A stretch of 64,000 bases of DNA from Eledone cirrhosa (lineage: Eukaryota), in contig OZ024747.1 of the NCBI GenBank assembly GCA_964016885.1, positions 52,018,001 to 52,082,000 on the forward strand, in the 5' to 3' direction. Under the pieces are notes generated by a model. That model did no database searches. It was given only the letters and a program-made list of their open reading frames with translations, and was not told the DNA's origin. Shown here one piece after another: positions 1 through 16,386 of the stretch (the first letter of the stretch is position 1; every line of letters begins with the position of its first letter). The position numbers and the translations under genes were made by a program.

Positions 1-280
1 TGTTCGATCAATATAACTGCCCCCTAGTTAAATAAACAGGAACATAACTGTGTATTGCAGAGTTACCTGTAACATTAACGTAATTCCCAAGAAGATTCAG
101 CAAAACACAATGTTGACCGTTTGAATTACAGGTAAAGTTATCCCAACGGGTTTCCTCTGTAATCTATTTCACACAAGGTTTGGATTAAACCAAGATGCCT
201 TGCCTAAGTTGCCACGCAATAGGATCAAAACAGGAATTCATAACTGTGAAGTAAATTTCTTAAGTATTTGGTCATGGTGT
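1..280 (-). mobile_element. Degenerate SINE-like dispersed repeat (family 3)
   Basis: Similar by eye to 7740-8095, 17905-18255 and 39700-39910 (shared motifs GATCAA..GAAC, AACGT(A/T)ATTC, TTTCAC(A/T)CACAAG). Old, diverged copies. Confidence 0.45.
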
Positions 281-360
281 GATGAGTGGTTACAGTAAGG
301 TACAATAGATTCGGACAAATCAGTTAAGTAAAAGGTAATTTTCTCATCCTAACAGCTCGT

Positions 361-730
<370 letters not shown>

Positions 731-1250
731 TGTTCATTTATCTATTTATCTCACACTTTCAAACCCTATTTCTTTGTCTCTTCGCTCCCTCGCAATCACC
801 ACTGCACAACATTCAAACCTCACACATTTACACTCTTACATTCACTTATATTCACAGATTGCAGGCCATTAACCCTTACCACCTATTACACTGGTCTAGT
901 CTGTGACATTTACACGGACCAGTGAGCAGCTTAGATAAGCAGACTGATAGGTGGATAGATAAAAAGACGGATCCACAGACAGACACACAGACTGGTTGAC
1001 GGTTTGATGGACGGATAGACATCCAATGTTACATTTTACATACAAACAGTCTGGAGACCCAGACAGAGGGATTGGTAATGTCACGGACAAATACATCCGA
1101 AGACGGACAGACAGGCAGACATATGAACAGACGGACAGACATCCTGACCGACAGATATAAGGATAGAGTTATTTAATGTAAAAAAAAATATTATATATAT
1201 ATAGACAGAGACAGAGAGAGAGAGAAAGAGAGAGACGTATATGTATACAT

Positions 1251-1431
1251 ATAATTGTTTCTACTTTAGGCACAAGGCCAGCAATTACCCAGTGCATTAC
1301 TGGTACTTTATTTTATCGACCCCGTAAGGATGAAAGGCAAAGTCAACCTCGGCGGGATTTGAACTCAGATCGTAAAGGGATGTAACTATGCTGGAAAGCA
1401 TGGCGTCCGACCCTTTACCGATACTGCCAAT
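1251..1431 (-). mobile_element. tRNA-derived SINE, family 1 (Meta/MESC-like core)
   Basis: Minus strand: A-box-like TGGCAGTATCGG, B-box GAGTTCAAATCCC, core GCCTTTCATCCTTACGGGGGTCGATAAAATAAAGTACC, tail GGCCTTGTGCCTAAAGTAGAAACAATTAT. About 20 copies in the window. Confidence 0.9.
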
Positions 1432-1465
1432 AATATAATATTATATATATATGTTTTTGTCGTTG

Positions 1466-1651
1466 AATTGGCAGTATCGGTAGAGGGTCGGACGCCATGC
1501 TTTGACGCATAGAGTTATGGCCCTTGCCATTCTGAGTTCAAATCCCGCCGAGGTTAACTTTTTGCCTTTCATCCTTACCGGGTCGATAAAATAAAGTACC
1601 AGTAATGCACTGGGTAATTGCTGGTCTTGTGCCAAACGTAGAAACAATTAT
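1466..1651 (+). mobile_element. tRNA-derived SINE, family 1
   Basis: Same consensus. Head-to-head with the 1251-1431 copy, ~35 bp apart. Confidence 0.9.
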
Positions 1652-2628
1652 ATATATGTATTTATATGTATATACATATATATACATTCACACACCCACC
1701 AACACGCACACACGTTCACACACACACGTTCACACACACCTTCACACACGCGCACAGAGAGAGAGAGAGAGAGAGAGCTGTGAGTTCAAATCCAACTAAG
1801 AGGAACTTTATCTTTCACCCCATTCGAAATCGATAATGTAAAGTGCTAATCCAATCCATAGTTTGTAGTATGTGTTCCTTGAACTTCTGAGTTGAAATCT
1901 CCCTCCCACAGTAGCCTCCTTGGGTGGTAGACCGTGTAATATCTCACGTGGTTTAACACATCCACAAGGAGATAGGAACAGCACTACCATTAATTTTGAT
2001 AGGCAGATGTCTTGAAGGCATTGATCACAGAAACTATTTTCTAAATGGATAACAGCTATATAAAGATTTTATAAGTTAAATAAATATGTTGTAATGTTCC
2101 TGCGATCAATAAAAAAATTTATTAAACATGTCTGCCACGGAGAAGAGGGGTAGAAATATCCAAAACATTGAAGTGCATCGTGTGAGTTTTTGACTAGTCA
2201 CATGATTTGGCGTGGGTGAATGTGGACTATGTAGTAGAAAATGTAGGCTTAGTAATTTAAAAGTGGAAATTATTTTATTTGGGAGTAAAGTGCGCATAAT
2301 ATAAGGATGCTCAATGGCGCAGAATACACAAGAGTCGGGTAGCCATGTTGTATGAGAAATGATGTGAATTGCAACCAAACAGGAGAATTTATGAGAGAGA
2401 GGGAGAGAGAGAAGGAGAGAGAGAAGGAGAGAGAGACAGATATAGAGAGAGAGGCATCCGCATACACACACACACATACACACACATATACGCACATATG
2501 TATGTATACATATATATGAAAACAGGGAGAAAGAGACGATATATTTTTCTTCCTCATAATCGTCTCTTTCTCCCTGTTTTCATATATATATATATATATC
2601 CTAACTCGTGTGCCTCCTCTCCACATTT

Positions 2629-2721
<93 letters not shown>

Positions 2722-3056
2722 CATTGTTATGCACACGTTGCAGAGAGACGCCCAAATAAATAATATACATAACATAATTGTATTCTGTTTATTATCGTCT
2801 GTTATATTTCATTAATTCCCCCAACCTGCGCCACAAGGGGACTCGTATAAGACCCGGAAAATAGCAGATCCAGAATTATCCCATTAAACTTTATGGTTGT
2901 GTATGTTCTACGAAGCAGATAAGCAAATCGGGGAGGGAACCATCTTTGGATGTGGTCAAACACATCGTGTGTATACATGGTATTCAACTTATCAAAATTG
3001 ATGATATACATACACACATACACACTAACATGCACACAATGATTTATGTGTATTAT

Positions 3057-3108
<52 letters not shown>

Positions 3109-3160
3109 TGTGCGTGTGTGCGTGTGTGTGCGTATGTATATATATATTTATTTATTTAGG

Positions 3161-3277
<117 letters not shown>

Positions 3278-3311
3278 TAATAAATGGACACTATATTTAT
3301 AAAACCATATT

Positions 3312-3377
3312 TATTTTATTATATATATTTCAAAGGCAACCAAGGTAAATTATGGTGCGCTTTCATCAGATAAAATA
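3312..3377 (-). ncRNA. Minimal type I hammerhead ribozyme (family A)
   Basis: Minus: TATTTTAT-CTGATGA-AAGCGCACC..GGTTGCCTTT-GAAA-TATATA-TA-ATAAAATA. 8-bp stem I, palindromic stem III. Confidence 0.75.
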
Positions 3378-4732
3378 CAGATTTGTTTTATAAATAAATA
3401 TTGACATACCCGGAAAAAAAGACAACCTTAACGGTTGGAGCCTCCTGGATAGTGGAGATAATATTTTATTGAGGGTAATACAAAGTTATGAGTGAGTATG
3501 CAAATGAGTGTCCGAAAAGTTGAAAAGATAACGGTTTATTTAAATTAAACTGTTGGAAGAAGAGGATATGTAAGGGCGAGAGAAGAAAAGGAAGGAGAAA
3601 GAGAGAAGAAGAAAGAAAGAACGATTATACATGGTGATAGTGAAGATAATCAAAGTGAATGAGGAAATAAATTTTAATGGAAGAATATACAGAACATCAA
3701 TATATCTAAGTGAAAGAAGAAATAAGATTAACGTGGAAGAATAATATTTAGAATGTAGGGTTTATTACGTTGTGATTATAATATTTATAATGATAAGTTG
3801 AAAATTAAATTAAAATAAAAATTAAAAATTAAAAATCAGAATTAAAGATTAAAATTTACTTTAATATTAAAAATTTAATTTAATATTAATATTAAAATTA
3901 AAAATTAAAAATCACTTCTAAAAAATCACTTCTAACTTCCTTTATACTTCCTTACTGTTTTTATAATCTAATTAAGTAGTTATTCCTTTGTAAACTCTCG
4001 TAAATGTTCATAAATTTGGAATTATTTGGATGTTTAAGTTTTGACTTACAACTATTAATAAATATAATTCTGCCAAACTTACATTAATCAAATAAACTAT
4101 ACTAGATTTTCTCCAATGTAAAATACTATACATTTATAATCCATAACATACACATCTAAACCAATATATTATTACTAATACATCTTAATATAATATAAAT
4201 AATTCTGTTTTAATTTTAATTTTTAATTTTAATATTAATATTAAATTATATTTTTAATATTAAAGTAAATTTTAATCTTTAATTCTGATTTTTAATTTTT
4301 AATTTTAATTTTTATTTAATTTTCAACTTAAATATAAATAATTATAATCACAACGTAATGAACCCTACATTCTAGATATTATTCTTCCACGTTAATCTTA
4401 TCACTTAGATATATTTACGTTCTGTATATTCTTCCATTAAAATTTATTTCCTCGTTCACTTTGATTATCTTCACTATCACTATGTATAATCGTTCTTTCT
4501 TCTTCTCTCTTTCTCCTTCCTTTTCTTCTCTCTCCCTTACATATCCTCTTCTTCCAACAGTTTAATTTAAATAAACCGTTATCTTTTCAACTTTTCGGAC
4601 ACTCATTTGCATACTCACTCATAACTTTGTATTACCCTCAATAAAATATTATCTTCACTATCCAGGAAGTTCCAACCGTTAAGGCTGTCTTTTTTTCCGG
4701 GTATGTCAATATTTATTTATAAAACAAATCTA

Positions 4733-4798
4733 TATTTTATCTGATGAAAGCGCACCGTAATTTGCCTTGGTTGCCCTTGAAATATATATAATAAAATA
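4733..4798 (+). ncRNA. Minimal type I hammerhead ribozyme (family A)
   Basis: TATTTTAT-CTGATGA-AAGCGCACC(loop)GGTTGCCCTT-GAAA-TATATA-TA-ATAAAATA. Predicted cleavage after 4790. Confidence 0.8.
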
Positions 4799-5170
4799 AA
4801 TATGGTTTTATAAATATAGTTTTCATTTATTAATATATTGTGTATTTACTTCACTAATTTGTTGAGTGCTTTATATCAGTTATAAAAAATTTTTAAGCTT
4901 GTTGAATCCCATCAAATTAAATATAACTTCTGCTTTTATGTATATATATATTTATATTTATATTAGTATGTATACGTACATACATATATGTGTACAGACG
5001 CACAGTAGTATGTATATATATATACATACATGCACACACATATATATATGTATGTATGGGTTACCGAACATTTATTATAATGTTCGGTTTGTTTGTAAAA
5101 AAACAGCCCGAATTACGCCGTACAGTGCTCGGCAACCATCGTCGCCCTTTTGTTCAACACTGACACAGGA

Positions 5171-5213
5171 ACGATGTACTAGTTTCAAGATTATTAGCTA
5201 TCGTCAGTATCGT
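5171..5213 (-). ncRNA. Minimal hammerhead ribozyme (family H)
   Basis: Minus: ACGATA-CTGACGA-TAGCTAATAATCTT-GAAA-CTAG-TA-CATCGT. Confidence 0.6.
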
Positions 5214-5291
5214 ATACTTTTCTGTCAGATGATTGAACGTCTGAAAGTATATACTTTCCTTATGCATATTAACGGCTGAGCAGAAAGGTAT

Positions 5292-5334
5292 ACGATGCTG
5301 ACGATAGCTAATAAACTTGAAACTTGTACATCGT
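5292..5334 (+). ncRNA. Minimal hammerhead ribozyme (family H)
   Basis: ACGATG-CTGACGA-TAGCTAATAAACTT-GAAA-CTTG-TA-CATCGT. Perfect 6-bp stem I, weak stem II. Confidence 0.65.
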
Positions 5335-5740
5335 TCCTGTGTCAGTGTTGAACAAAAGGGCGACGATGGTTGCCGAGCACTGTACAGCGTAATTCGGGCT
5401 GTTTGTTTACAAACAAACCGAACATTATAATAAATGTTAACCGAACTTTATAATAAATGTTCGGTAACCCATACGTACATATATATATATGTATGCATGT
5501 ATCTATATATATACATACTACTGTGCGTCTGTACACATATATGAATGTACGTATAGATACTTATATTTAGGTATCAGCCGTACTAAGAGTGAGAAATGAA
5601 ATTTCGTTTCATTCTTTTCCATTTATCGTTTTCGGTATGCCCGGCTAACTCACTCGATATGCAAATTAGGCTGCTCAGCCGTTAATATGCATAAGAAAAG
5701 TATATACTTTCAGACGTTCAATCATCTGACAGAAAGGTAT

Positions 5741-5783
5741 ACGATGCTGACGATAGTTAATAACCTTGAAACTAGTACATTGT
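5741..5783 (+). ncRNA. Minimal hammerhead ribozyme (family H)
   Basis: ACGATG-CTGACGA-TAGTTAATAACCTT-GAAA-CTAG-TA-CATTGT. Stem I has one G-U pair; palindromic CTAG loop. Confidence 0.7.
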
Positions 5784-6088
5784 TCCTGTGTCAGTGTTGA
5801 ACAAAACGGCGACGATGGTTGCCGAGCACTGTACGGTGTAATTCGGGCTGTTTGTTTACAAACAAACCGAACATTATAATAAGTGTTCGGTAACCCATAC
5901 GTACATATATATATGTGTTCATGTATGTATATATATATACATACTACTGTGCGTCTGTACACATATATGTATGTACGTATACATACTTATATTTAGGTAT
6001 CAGCCGTACTAAGAGTGAGAAATGAAATTTCGTTTCATTCTTTTCCATTTATATTTATATTTATATATGTATATACATTCACACACAG

Positions 6089-6152
<64 letters not shown>

Positions 6153-6288
6153 TTAAATTTATTTCATTCCTTGTATTTTGATCATGCTTTATTTTTATTT
6201 TTAATTTCATTCGCACCGTTTCCTTTAGCTATATGTCTCTCCACCACTCCCATACACACCCTTTGAACTCTGTTCCCACACACTTCTC

Positions 6289-6320
6289 ACCTGAGGAAGG
6301 GCTTATGCCCGAAATGTCGT
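6289..6320 (+). ncRNA. Degenerate minimal hammerhead (family B)
   Basis: AC-CTGAGGA-A-GGGC-TTAT-GCCC-GAAA-TG-TC-GT. Stem I largely lost. Downstream flank resembles 25700-25780. Confidence 0.45.
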
Positions 6321-6709
6321 TCCCCACCAACACCCCACTCTCCAGAGCGTGAAATTAATAAACATTCGTTGTACTGCCTCTCTGTTTTGTTCCTGTTCAA
6401 ATTTTTCCATTATATATACATATATATATATGTATATATGTATGTATGTAGGTACAGTCGTTTAAGTTTTGAGTTCACATTTCGTCGTTGCCATCGCTTA
6501 AATAAATCGGTTTGATTCAATCATCTACTCCTCTCGCTAAAATGCCTTATATATTTCTGAATTTTAGCACACACACACACACATACACACATACACACGT
6601 ACACATACACACACACACATACATACACACACATATATATATATATATAATGAAGTATTTCTGTAGGAAAGATAAAGGAAAAGAGAGTGCTCTATGTAGG
6701 CTACAGAGC

Positions 6710-6920
6710 TTTTTAGTTATGTAATAAACAACATAAGATAATTATTTCATTTACCAGTGGTTTCTTGAAAACAGATATTTATATCTGTTTTCAGTCATCA
6801 AAATGAATAACAGAATCTGTTATTCATTCTGACGACTGAAAACAGATATAAATATCTGTCTTCAAGAAACCACTGGTAAATGAAATAATTATCTTATGTT
6901 GTTTATTACATAACTAAAAA
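6710..6920. repeat. ~210 bp near-perfect fold-back palindrome containing a hammerhead (family D)
   Basis: Arms TTTTTAGTTATGTAATAAAC... and ...GTTTATTACATAACTAAAAA, centre ~6815. Confidence 0.9.
6823..6884 (+). ncRNA. Type I hammerhead ribozyme (family D)
   Basis: TTCATT-CTGACGA-C-TGAAAACAGATAT-AA-ATATCTGTCTTCA-A-GAAA-CCACTGG-TA-AATGAA. The mirror copy at 6746-6807 (-) has a mutated core, TTGATGA. Confidence 0.75.
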
Positions 6921-6939
6921 CATTGAGGAAATATTAAAG

Positions 6940-7326
6940 GGGAGATGTATATAATTAGGCAAAACCAAGCCAACAGGACACCCAGGGGTAGACCTCAGGC
7001 AAGATAGTTGAATAGCACACATGAACTTGGCTGGTCTCGCTTGGGGATCTAGCCAGATCAGTTGAGGACGGTGGCTTTTGACAGGATCCTCTGGAAGGAG
7101 TGTTTGAGAATTCTGACCCCACGATAAATGGGCGAAGAAGAAGAAGAAGAAGAAGAAGAAGAAGAAGAAGAAGAAGAAGAAGAAGAAGAAGAAGAAGAAG
7201 AAGAAGAAGAAGAAGAAGAAGAAGAAGAAGAAGAAGAAAAAGAGGAAGAAGAAGAAGAAGAAGAAGAAGAAGAAGAAGAAGAAGAAGAAGAAGAAGAAGA
7301 AGAAGAAGAAGAAGAAGAAGAAGAAG
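6940..7326 (+). mobile_element. 3' end of RTE-clade LINE with (GAA)n tail
   Basis: Frame from 6981 reads PRGRPQAR*LNSTHELGWSRLGI*PDQLRTVAFDRILWKECLRILTPR, matching the RTE C-terminal RGRP..RW..W..A.DR..W pattern, followed by (GAA)n. Related copy at ~36600-36970. Confidence 0.7.
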
Positions 7327-8142
7327 GGGGAGGGGGAGAAGAAGGTTTCACCAAGATGAAAGCAGAAGAGAAATAACAACAGGCTGATTACCGATTGATG
7401 ACATCGGAATACAATTATTCTAAACATTTGGGGAAAGAATCATACAGAGACAAATAGAAAATAATATAACGGTCTTCCCAATCCTTAACGAGGTCGATAA
7501 TGAAAATACAAAATTGGAAAAAAAAAAAGAAAAAAAATGATTCCTGTCCTACAGAAATACACCAAAACCAAAAGTGAAAAAAGAAAGATGTACCCAAAAT
7601 GAAGAAGAAGAAGAAGAAGAAGAAGAAGAAGAAGAAGAAGAAGAAGAAGAAGAAGAAGAAGAAGAAGAAGAAGAAGAAGAAGAAGAAGAAGAAGAAGAAG
7701 AAGAAGGGGAATTGTTTCAAAGAAACCACGGTCCCTCTATATATTATGAAATGGTCTTGCGTCAGTTTCAACGATATGTGTTCCTATTGTTCGAGCAACG
7801 GAACAAACAGCTCTTTAAATGAGCGTGCAAGAGAGTGAGCAATCCACTCTTGAACATTTTACGTAATTCTCAAGGAAATTCATCATGACTCATAGTGCCA
7901 AGTTTGACCATTTGTATTAAAGATACAGTCCATCCGATGATATTCCTATCGTCACTATTTCACTATTTCACTATTTCACTCACAAGACGTCGGTGGAAAC
8001 GACACCATAGTAAATAATATTTACTGAAGATACCACAAAGTAGAAATGGAGTGGGTTCATAAAGATTGTGAAGTGAACGTCTTAACCATGCCCCATGCTA
8101 CATCTAAATATTTTAAATATACATTAATATACATGTAATACT

Positions 8143-8320
8143 TTTGGCACAAGGCCAGCAATTATCCCAGTGTATTACTGGTACTTTATTTTATCGTCCC
8201 CCGTAAGGATGAAAGGCAAAGCTAACCTAACCGGGATTTGAATTCAGAACGTAAAACACCGCAACTCTATGTTGAAAATCATGGTGTCCGACGCTCTACC
8301 GATTCTGACAAGCCACCGCA
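8143..8320 (-). mobile_element. tRNA-derived SINE, family 1
   Basis: Matches the family consensus. Confidence 0.85.
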
Positions 8321-8414
8321 CTTAATATTCACATTCTTCTTTCATTCCAATATCAACAAAGTTAACCTCGGCGGGATTTGAACTCAGACCATACATTAAT
8401 ATACATGTAATATA

Positions 8415-8537
8415 CAGAGAGTCCTCCCCCACAAAAAAAAATATATATACACACTTCGACAGCATTCTAATAAATATGTGTTCTAATAAATGTGTTCTAA
8501 TAAATAAATATGTGTATACGTTTTTTGGGACGCCCTG
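8415..8537. mobile_element. Tc1/mariner-type MITE remnant
   Basis: TA|CAGAGAGTCC..AAAA..TATACAC at left and GTGTATAC.TTTTTTGGGACGCCCTG at right form imperfect TIRs of the CAGGGTGTCCCAAAA type. Confidence 0.55.
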
Positions 8538-8555
8538 CATATATATATATATGTA

Positions 8556-8709
<154 letters not shown>

Positions 8710-8897
8710 TGTGTGTGTGTGTCTGTGTGTCTAATATTTATGGAAAACGAAAGCAACAACAGCAGATTGATTGGTAACACATTAAAAACAGACAGACAAA
8801 AATACATAGAGATAAATATACAGATAGTGGGATAGATAGACAGATGAGTAGGAAGGTAGATGGATAGGTAGAGAGATGAACTGATTCACACAACGGC

Positions 8898-8933
<36 letters not shown>

Positions 8934-9001
8934 TTACATATATATATATACATATATATATATATAAATTTACATATACATATATATATATATAAATTTA
9001 C

Positions 9002-9140
<139 letters not shown>

Positions 9141-9144
9141 AATT

Positions 9145-9185
<41 letters not shown>

Positions 9186-9677
9186 CATATATCATTTAAC
9201 CTTTTACATTATTTTGTTTCCCTCTATTTATATGTATTTCTTGTTTATCACTTCTCTTTATATATTCCCGTGTTTCAGATGTTCTTCGGCAAACCGATGA
9301 GTATACATTAGAAATCAAAGGAAACGCTAAATAGTGCAATGTGAGGATGTCGATCTCCGCGTGTTAATTAGGTAAAACAAAATGGCGGAAAACTTTCACC
9401 GTTGAAAGCTTCTTCTCGCTTATCATATCACATTCATAAGTGATATTGCGTTTTGGAGGAAGAAGGAGAGAGAGAGAGAGAGAGAGAAACAAATTTGCAA
9501 TGGGGTTTGGGTGTTTAGAAAGCCGGGGATACGTTTCATTGGATTTTATGATTATTTAGCTATATATATTTATTTTAATGTGATTAGCTATATATTTATA
9601 GATAGACACAGAAAGAGGCCATTATATTTACACAAAGAAATACATATAAATTTCAGACACCCATATATATATGATAA

Positions 9678-9766
<89 letters not shown>

Positions 9767-10092
9767 TATATATATATATATATATATAGGGAGAGAGAGA
9801 GGGGAGATAGAGGGAGGGAGACGGGGGAGCGAGGGAGAGAGAAAGTGGGGTAGGAGAGAATGTGTTTGTGTGTTTCTAAAGCACGAATTTGTTCGGCTCG
9901 AATATAATTCCTTCCTAATTTTTCGGATATCCTTATTTCATATTTCTTTGTTGTCATTCGGAAATGTGACGTAAGTTTTACATCTTCCGCGTTAGAAAGA
10001 TTGTCGATCGCCTAACGTGTTTCGTAATAGAATGATGTATAATACTTACTTTTTACTGTTATAAATTTCATTAATAGTTGTTGGTTGTTCCT

Positions 10093-10171
<79 letters not shown>

Positions 10172-10265
10172 GTAAAATTGAGATAAGCGAAGCAAGCAAT
10201 ATTCAAACAATTTTTTTTAATAATTTAAAAAATATAATCTAAATATTTACCTATTCCAATTGCTG

Positions 10266-10310
<45 letters not shown>

Positions 10311-10615
10311 GTAGGAAAATGTATGACCCCGACGGCAGAACTCAACGGCAATATATATATATACTGTCATATACAGAAAGAGGGAGACAGAGAGAGAGGG
10401 GGGTGACATACACACACACAGGCATGTATATATATATATTTAAGGAAATGACAACACAAACACAGGGCTACAAAAACACAAAGGATTATTAATATCACAC
10501 TTACGAGGAAATAGATGAATGTTTGGTGCTTCGGACGTAATTTCTTCTTCGGGTAATGGAGAGTTCTCCGATAGAGACAACAGGCTGGAACATCGGATTT
10601 GTAAGACGGCGTGCT

Positions 10616-10734
<119 letters not shown>

Positions 10735-10844
10735 TTATATATTTATTGTTAAATTAGTGTTTGAACTTTAAAACAATCAACCCGTTGGCAATTTGATTAG
10801 TTGGCATAGAGATATAGATATATAATTTCATCCACATTTTTAGA

Positions 10845-11061
10845 AAGATGGTTGAGTGGTTAGAGAATTGGATTCACAATCGTGAGGTTGTGAGTTCAAT
10901 TCCAGAACCGGGTAGTGCTATTTGTTCTTGAGCAAGACACTTTATTTCTGCCTGGATTTGCATTTGGAAAAACCAATAGAAACAATGTTTCCTCGATCCG
11001 ATTTGACGAACTCAATCCCACTCGTTAAATGAATGAAGTCTGAAACCGTTTCGATCGATTG

Positions 11062-11062
<1 letters not shown>
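10845..11062 (+). mobile_element. tRNA-derived SINE, family 2
   Basis: A-box-like TGGTTGAGTGG, B-box GAGTTCAATTCC, body GTTCTTGAGCAAGACACTTTATTTC. Homologous to 51808-52060. Confidence 0.75.
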
Positions 11063-11091
<29 letters not shown>

Positions 11092-11094
<3 letters not shown>

Positions 11095-11526
11095 AAAGTT
11101 CTATTTAAAATTGTTGGGATACAACAAGTAAATATTTTTATAACTGATATAAAGCACTCGACAAGTATTTGGAGTAGATATACGATATAATAAATGGAAA
11201 CTATATTTATAAAACCATATTTATTTCATTATACATATTTCAGGGATACCAAATTAAATTATGGTATGCCTTCATCAGACAAAATACAATATATAACAGT
11301 TTTACAAATAAGCTTTGACGTACCCTATTAAAATGAAACCATCGTTTTTGGAAGTCATCCGGATAGTGATTTGTTTATATTCCTTTAATAAGTCATAGTG
11401 TTAAGGACAATTACATAATTTAATTTGGTATCCCTAAGGACATACCATAATTTAATTTGGTATCCCTGAAATATGTATAATGAAATAAATATGGTTTTAT
11501 AAATATAGTTTCCATTTATTAATATC

Positions 11527-11528
<2 letters not shown>
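11092..11528. mobile_element. Diverged family A pLTR-type element with partial fold-back
   Basis: 11092-~11370 is antisense homologous to 4660-4934. 11441-11528 is an inverted partial copy. Confidence 0.7.
11222..11286 (-). ncRNA. Minimal hammerhead ribozyme (family A variant)
   Basis: Minus: TATTTTGT-CTGATGA-AGGCATACCA..TGGTATCCCT-GAAA-TATGTA-TA-ATGAAATA. Changes relative to family A keep the pairing. Confidence 0.8.
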
Positions 11529-11583
<55 letters not shown>

Positions 11584-12218
11584 CAGCGAATTTAAATACC
11601 GTGAGGTATTTGTTCAAAGTTTCTGTGATCAGAGTTCTAATGCCGCTCTCTGGGTCGAACAGTGAATTTGGAGAAATTCTTCAGATGGTCGGGCAAAATG
11701 CTTGGTGGTGTCTGTTCTCGGTCTTTGGGTCCTGGTTTCAAAATCACCAACACAATATTGAAAGCTATTGTGAACTACCATGTTTACTCTATCACCTACA
11801 CGCTCAAATTGTAGTTCAAATATAGTCTTCTGGTGATGTGAGAGAAACAAGATTCTGAATAAAAGAATGCTCTGATGAAGACCTCAGAATATTATTCTTG
11901 AATTGAAGAATGGAATTGATGATCATGTTTAATTATTTGTGGAATCTCTTGGCATAATATCAAACGGAAATTCCTTATGTCCTTGAAAATAGGTACAATG
12001 TTGTTATATAACACTAACAAACAGTGTCACTCTATACGTTTCTTACAGAGAATTACACACATACAGGTACACACACACACACACATATAAACACTAACAC
12101 ATACACAAACTCACACACGTACATGTATGGGGGTGTTATGTATGTGTGCATGCATGTGACATATGAGATATGATTAATGAATGATATATAGATTTTTAAG
12201 CATAAATATCGTGTCTGT

Positions 12219-14640
<2,422 letters not shown>

Positions 14641-14973
14641 TTTCAGTAAATATAATTTATTGCAAGTTGAAACTTCATAAAAGTCTGCTCTTCGGGCGAT
14701 TGTGAAAAATGAAATATGAAATTTAGCATAGATTAGAGATAGGTGAACATATTTGAATAACGAACACTGATTGGGTAAAATAGAACAAAAGAATCACGTT
14801 TAAAATATAAAAATCTCGTTGAAAAGTAAGAATAGAGAGTTGTGTTTGTACTCAGAGTAGTGAAGTTATAGTTGTACGGAACAATGCACTTGGTATGAAA
14901 ATATATAATTGACGTGCATCCATATTTTCAATTATCTCTGTGTACACCTTACGTCGAGAGGCGTACAGAGATA

Positions 14974-15031
<58 letters not shown>

Positions 15032-15222
15032 TACATACACACATGCTATAATGTCCCAGGGGGTAACCACAGTAAGTAAGGTGCTCAATACATTAGTAGG
15101 GTCTAAAAATTGAGTTTAATATAGAAGTGCCTTCTACATGACGAAAACGGTTTCATTCGAAAGAAATCACTTTTCGAATGAAACAGTTCTAGTCCTGTAG
15201 AACGCATTTTTATATTAAGCTT

Positions 15223-15685
<463 letters not shown>

Positions 15686-16296
15686 ATATATACATATACA
15701 GGTACTTAAGTTTCGTTGGGTGATGGACCCCCAACTCATTCAGTCAACCTGTTATAAAAACAAAGATGGCCTCCGGTGGTTGAACCTGATTCCTTTTATA
15801 TATACATTTTCTCAAGTAATAGTGATCCATGCGTTTGAATTCCAACCTTTCAACATTTCATATATAACGAAGGCGAGGAAATGTGGACCGTAGAGCCCCG
15901 GCTCGTCCATTACTCACTCAAGCATTTAGACGTGGAACCATACAAATTAATATCTCAGAGCGTACACTATATACGTTATTCTTAATGGAGACTGCTGTAT
16001 GTCGGTTATGGCAAGTTGTCCCTGACTAATTAGTGTTTGTGGGTATAGACTGATCTGGCACATGCAGTTGCACCTGTCATTCACACGTGCAGATATTGTA
16101 TAACCAAATCTACATAGCTTCATCAGCGGGTAAGAAAGCCTGTGTACGTCAGTTACTAGCCACTAGAAACCAGCAAGAACAGATGGCGTCAGAGGAGGAG
16201 AAAGAAGAATAGCCAACTGATGCTTGGGAATGTTTTGGGCGGGAAGCTCAACTATTAAAACACACACACACACACACACACACATACACACACACT

Positions 16297-16346
<50 letters not shown>

Positions 16347-16349
<3 letters not shown>

Positions 16350-16386
16350 GAGGGCCAGTCAAAATGTAATGCCTTTTGTTTTATTG
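16347..16386 (+). mobile_element. Isolated mariner-like TIR
   Basis: TA|CACGAGGGCCAGTCAAAATGTAATGCC resembles CGAGGG..TCAAAAAGTAATGC mariner termini. No partner end found. Confidence 0.4.

Larger units (their letters stand above)
4960..6052. mobile_element. Hammerhead-bearing repeat (family H): one inverted plus two tandem copies
   Basis: ~4960-5280 is antisense to ~5281-5625 and ~5675-6050. Each copy has a CTGACGA...GAAA-CT(A/T)G-TA motif. Confidence 0.75.

Noticed and set aside
1466-1560. tRNA gene
   Set aside because: A and B boxes are present but no full cloverleaf forms; it is the head of a multi-copy SINE.
3906-4207. GIY-YIG remnant in the fold-back spacer
   Set aside because: Very AT-rich with no recognisable motif in any frame I translated.
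9285-9345. Hammerhead-like CCGATGA..GAAA-CGCTA/TAGTG
   Set aside because: Core mismatch, no stem II or stem I pairing, no UH.
11590-12000. Possible RT remnant (minus IVPIFKDIRNFRLII) and a CTGATGA at 11872
   Set aside because: Similarity is too short and riddled with stops, and there is no GAAA or stem to complete a hammerhead.
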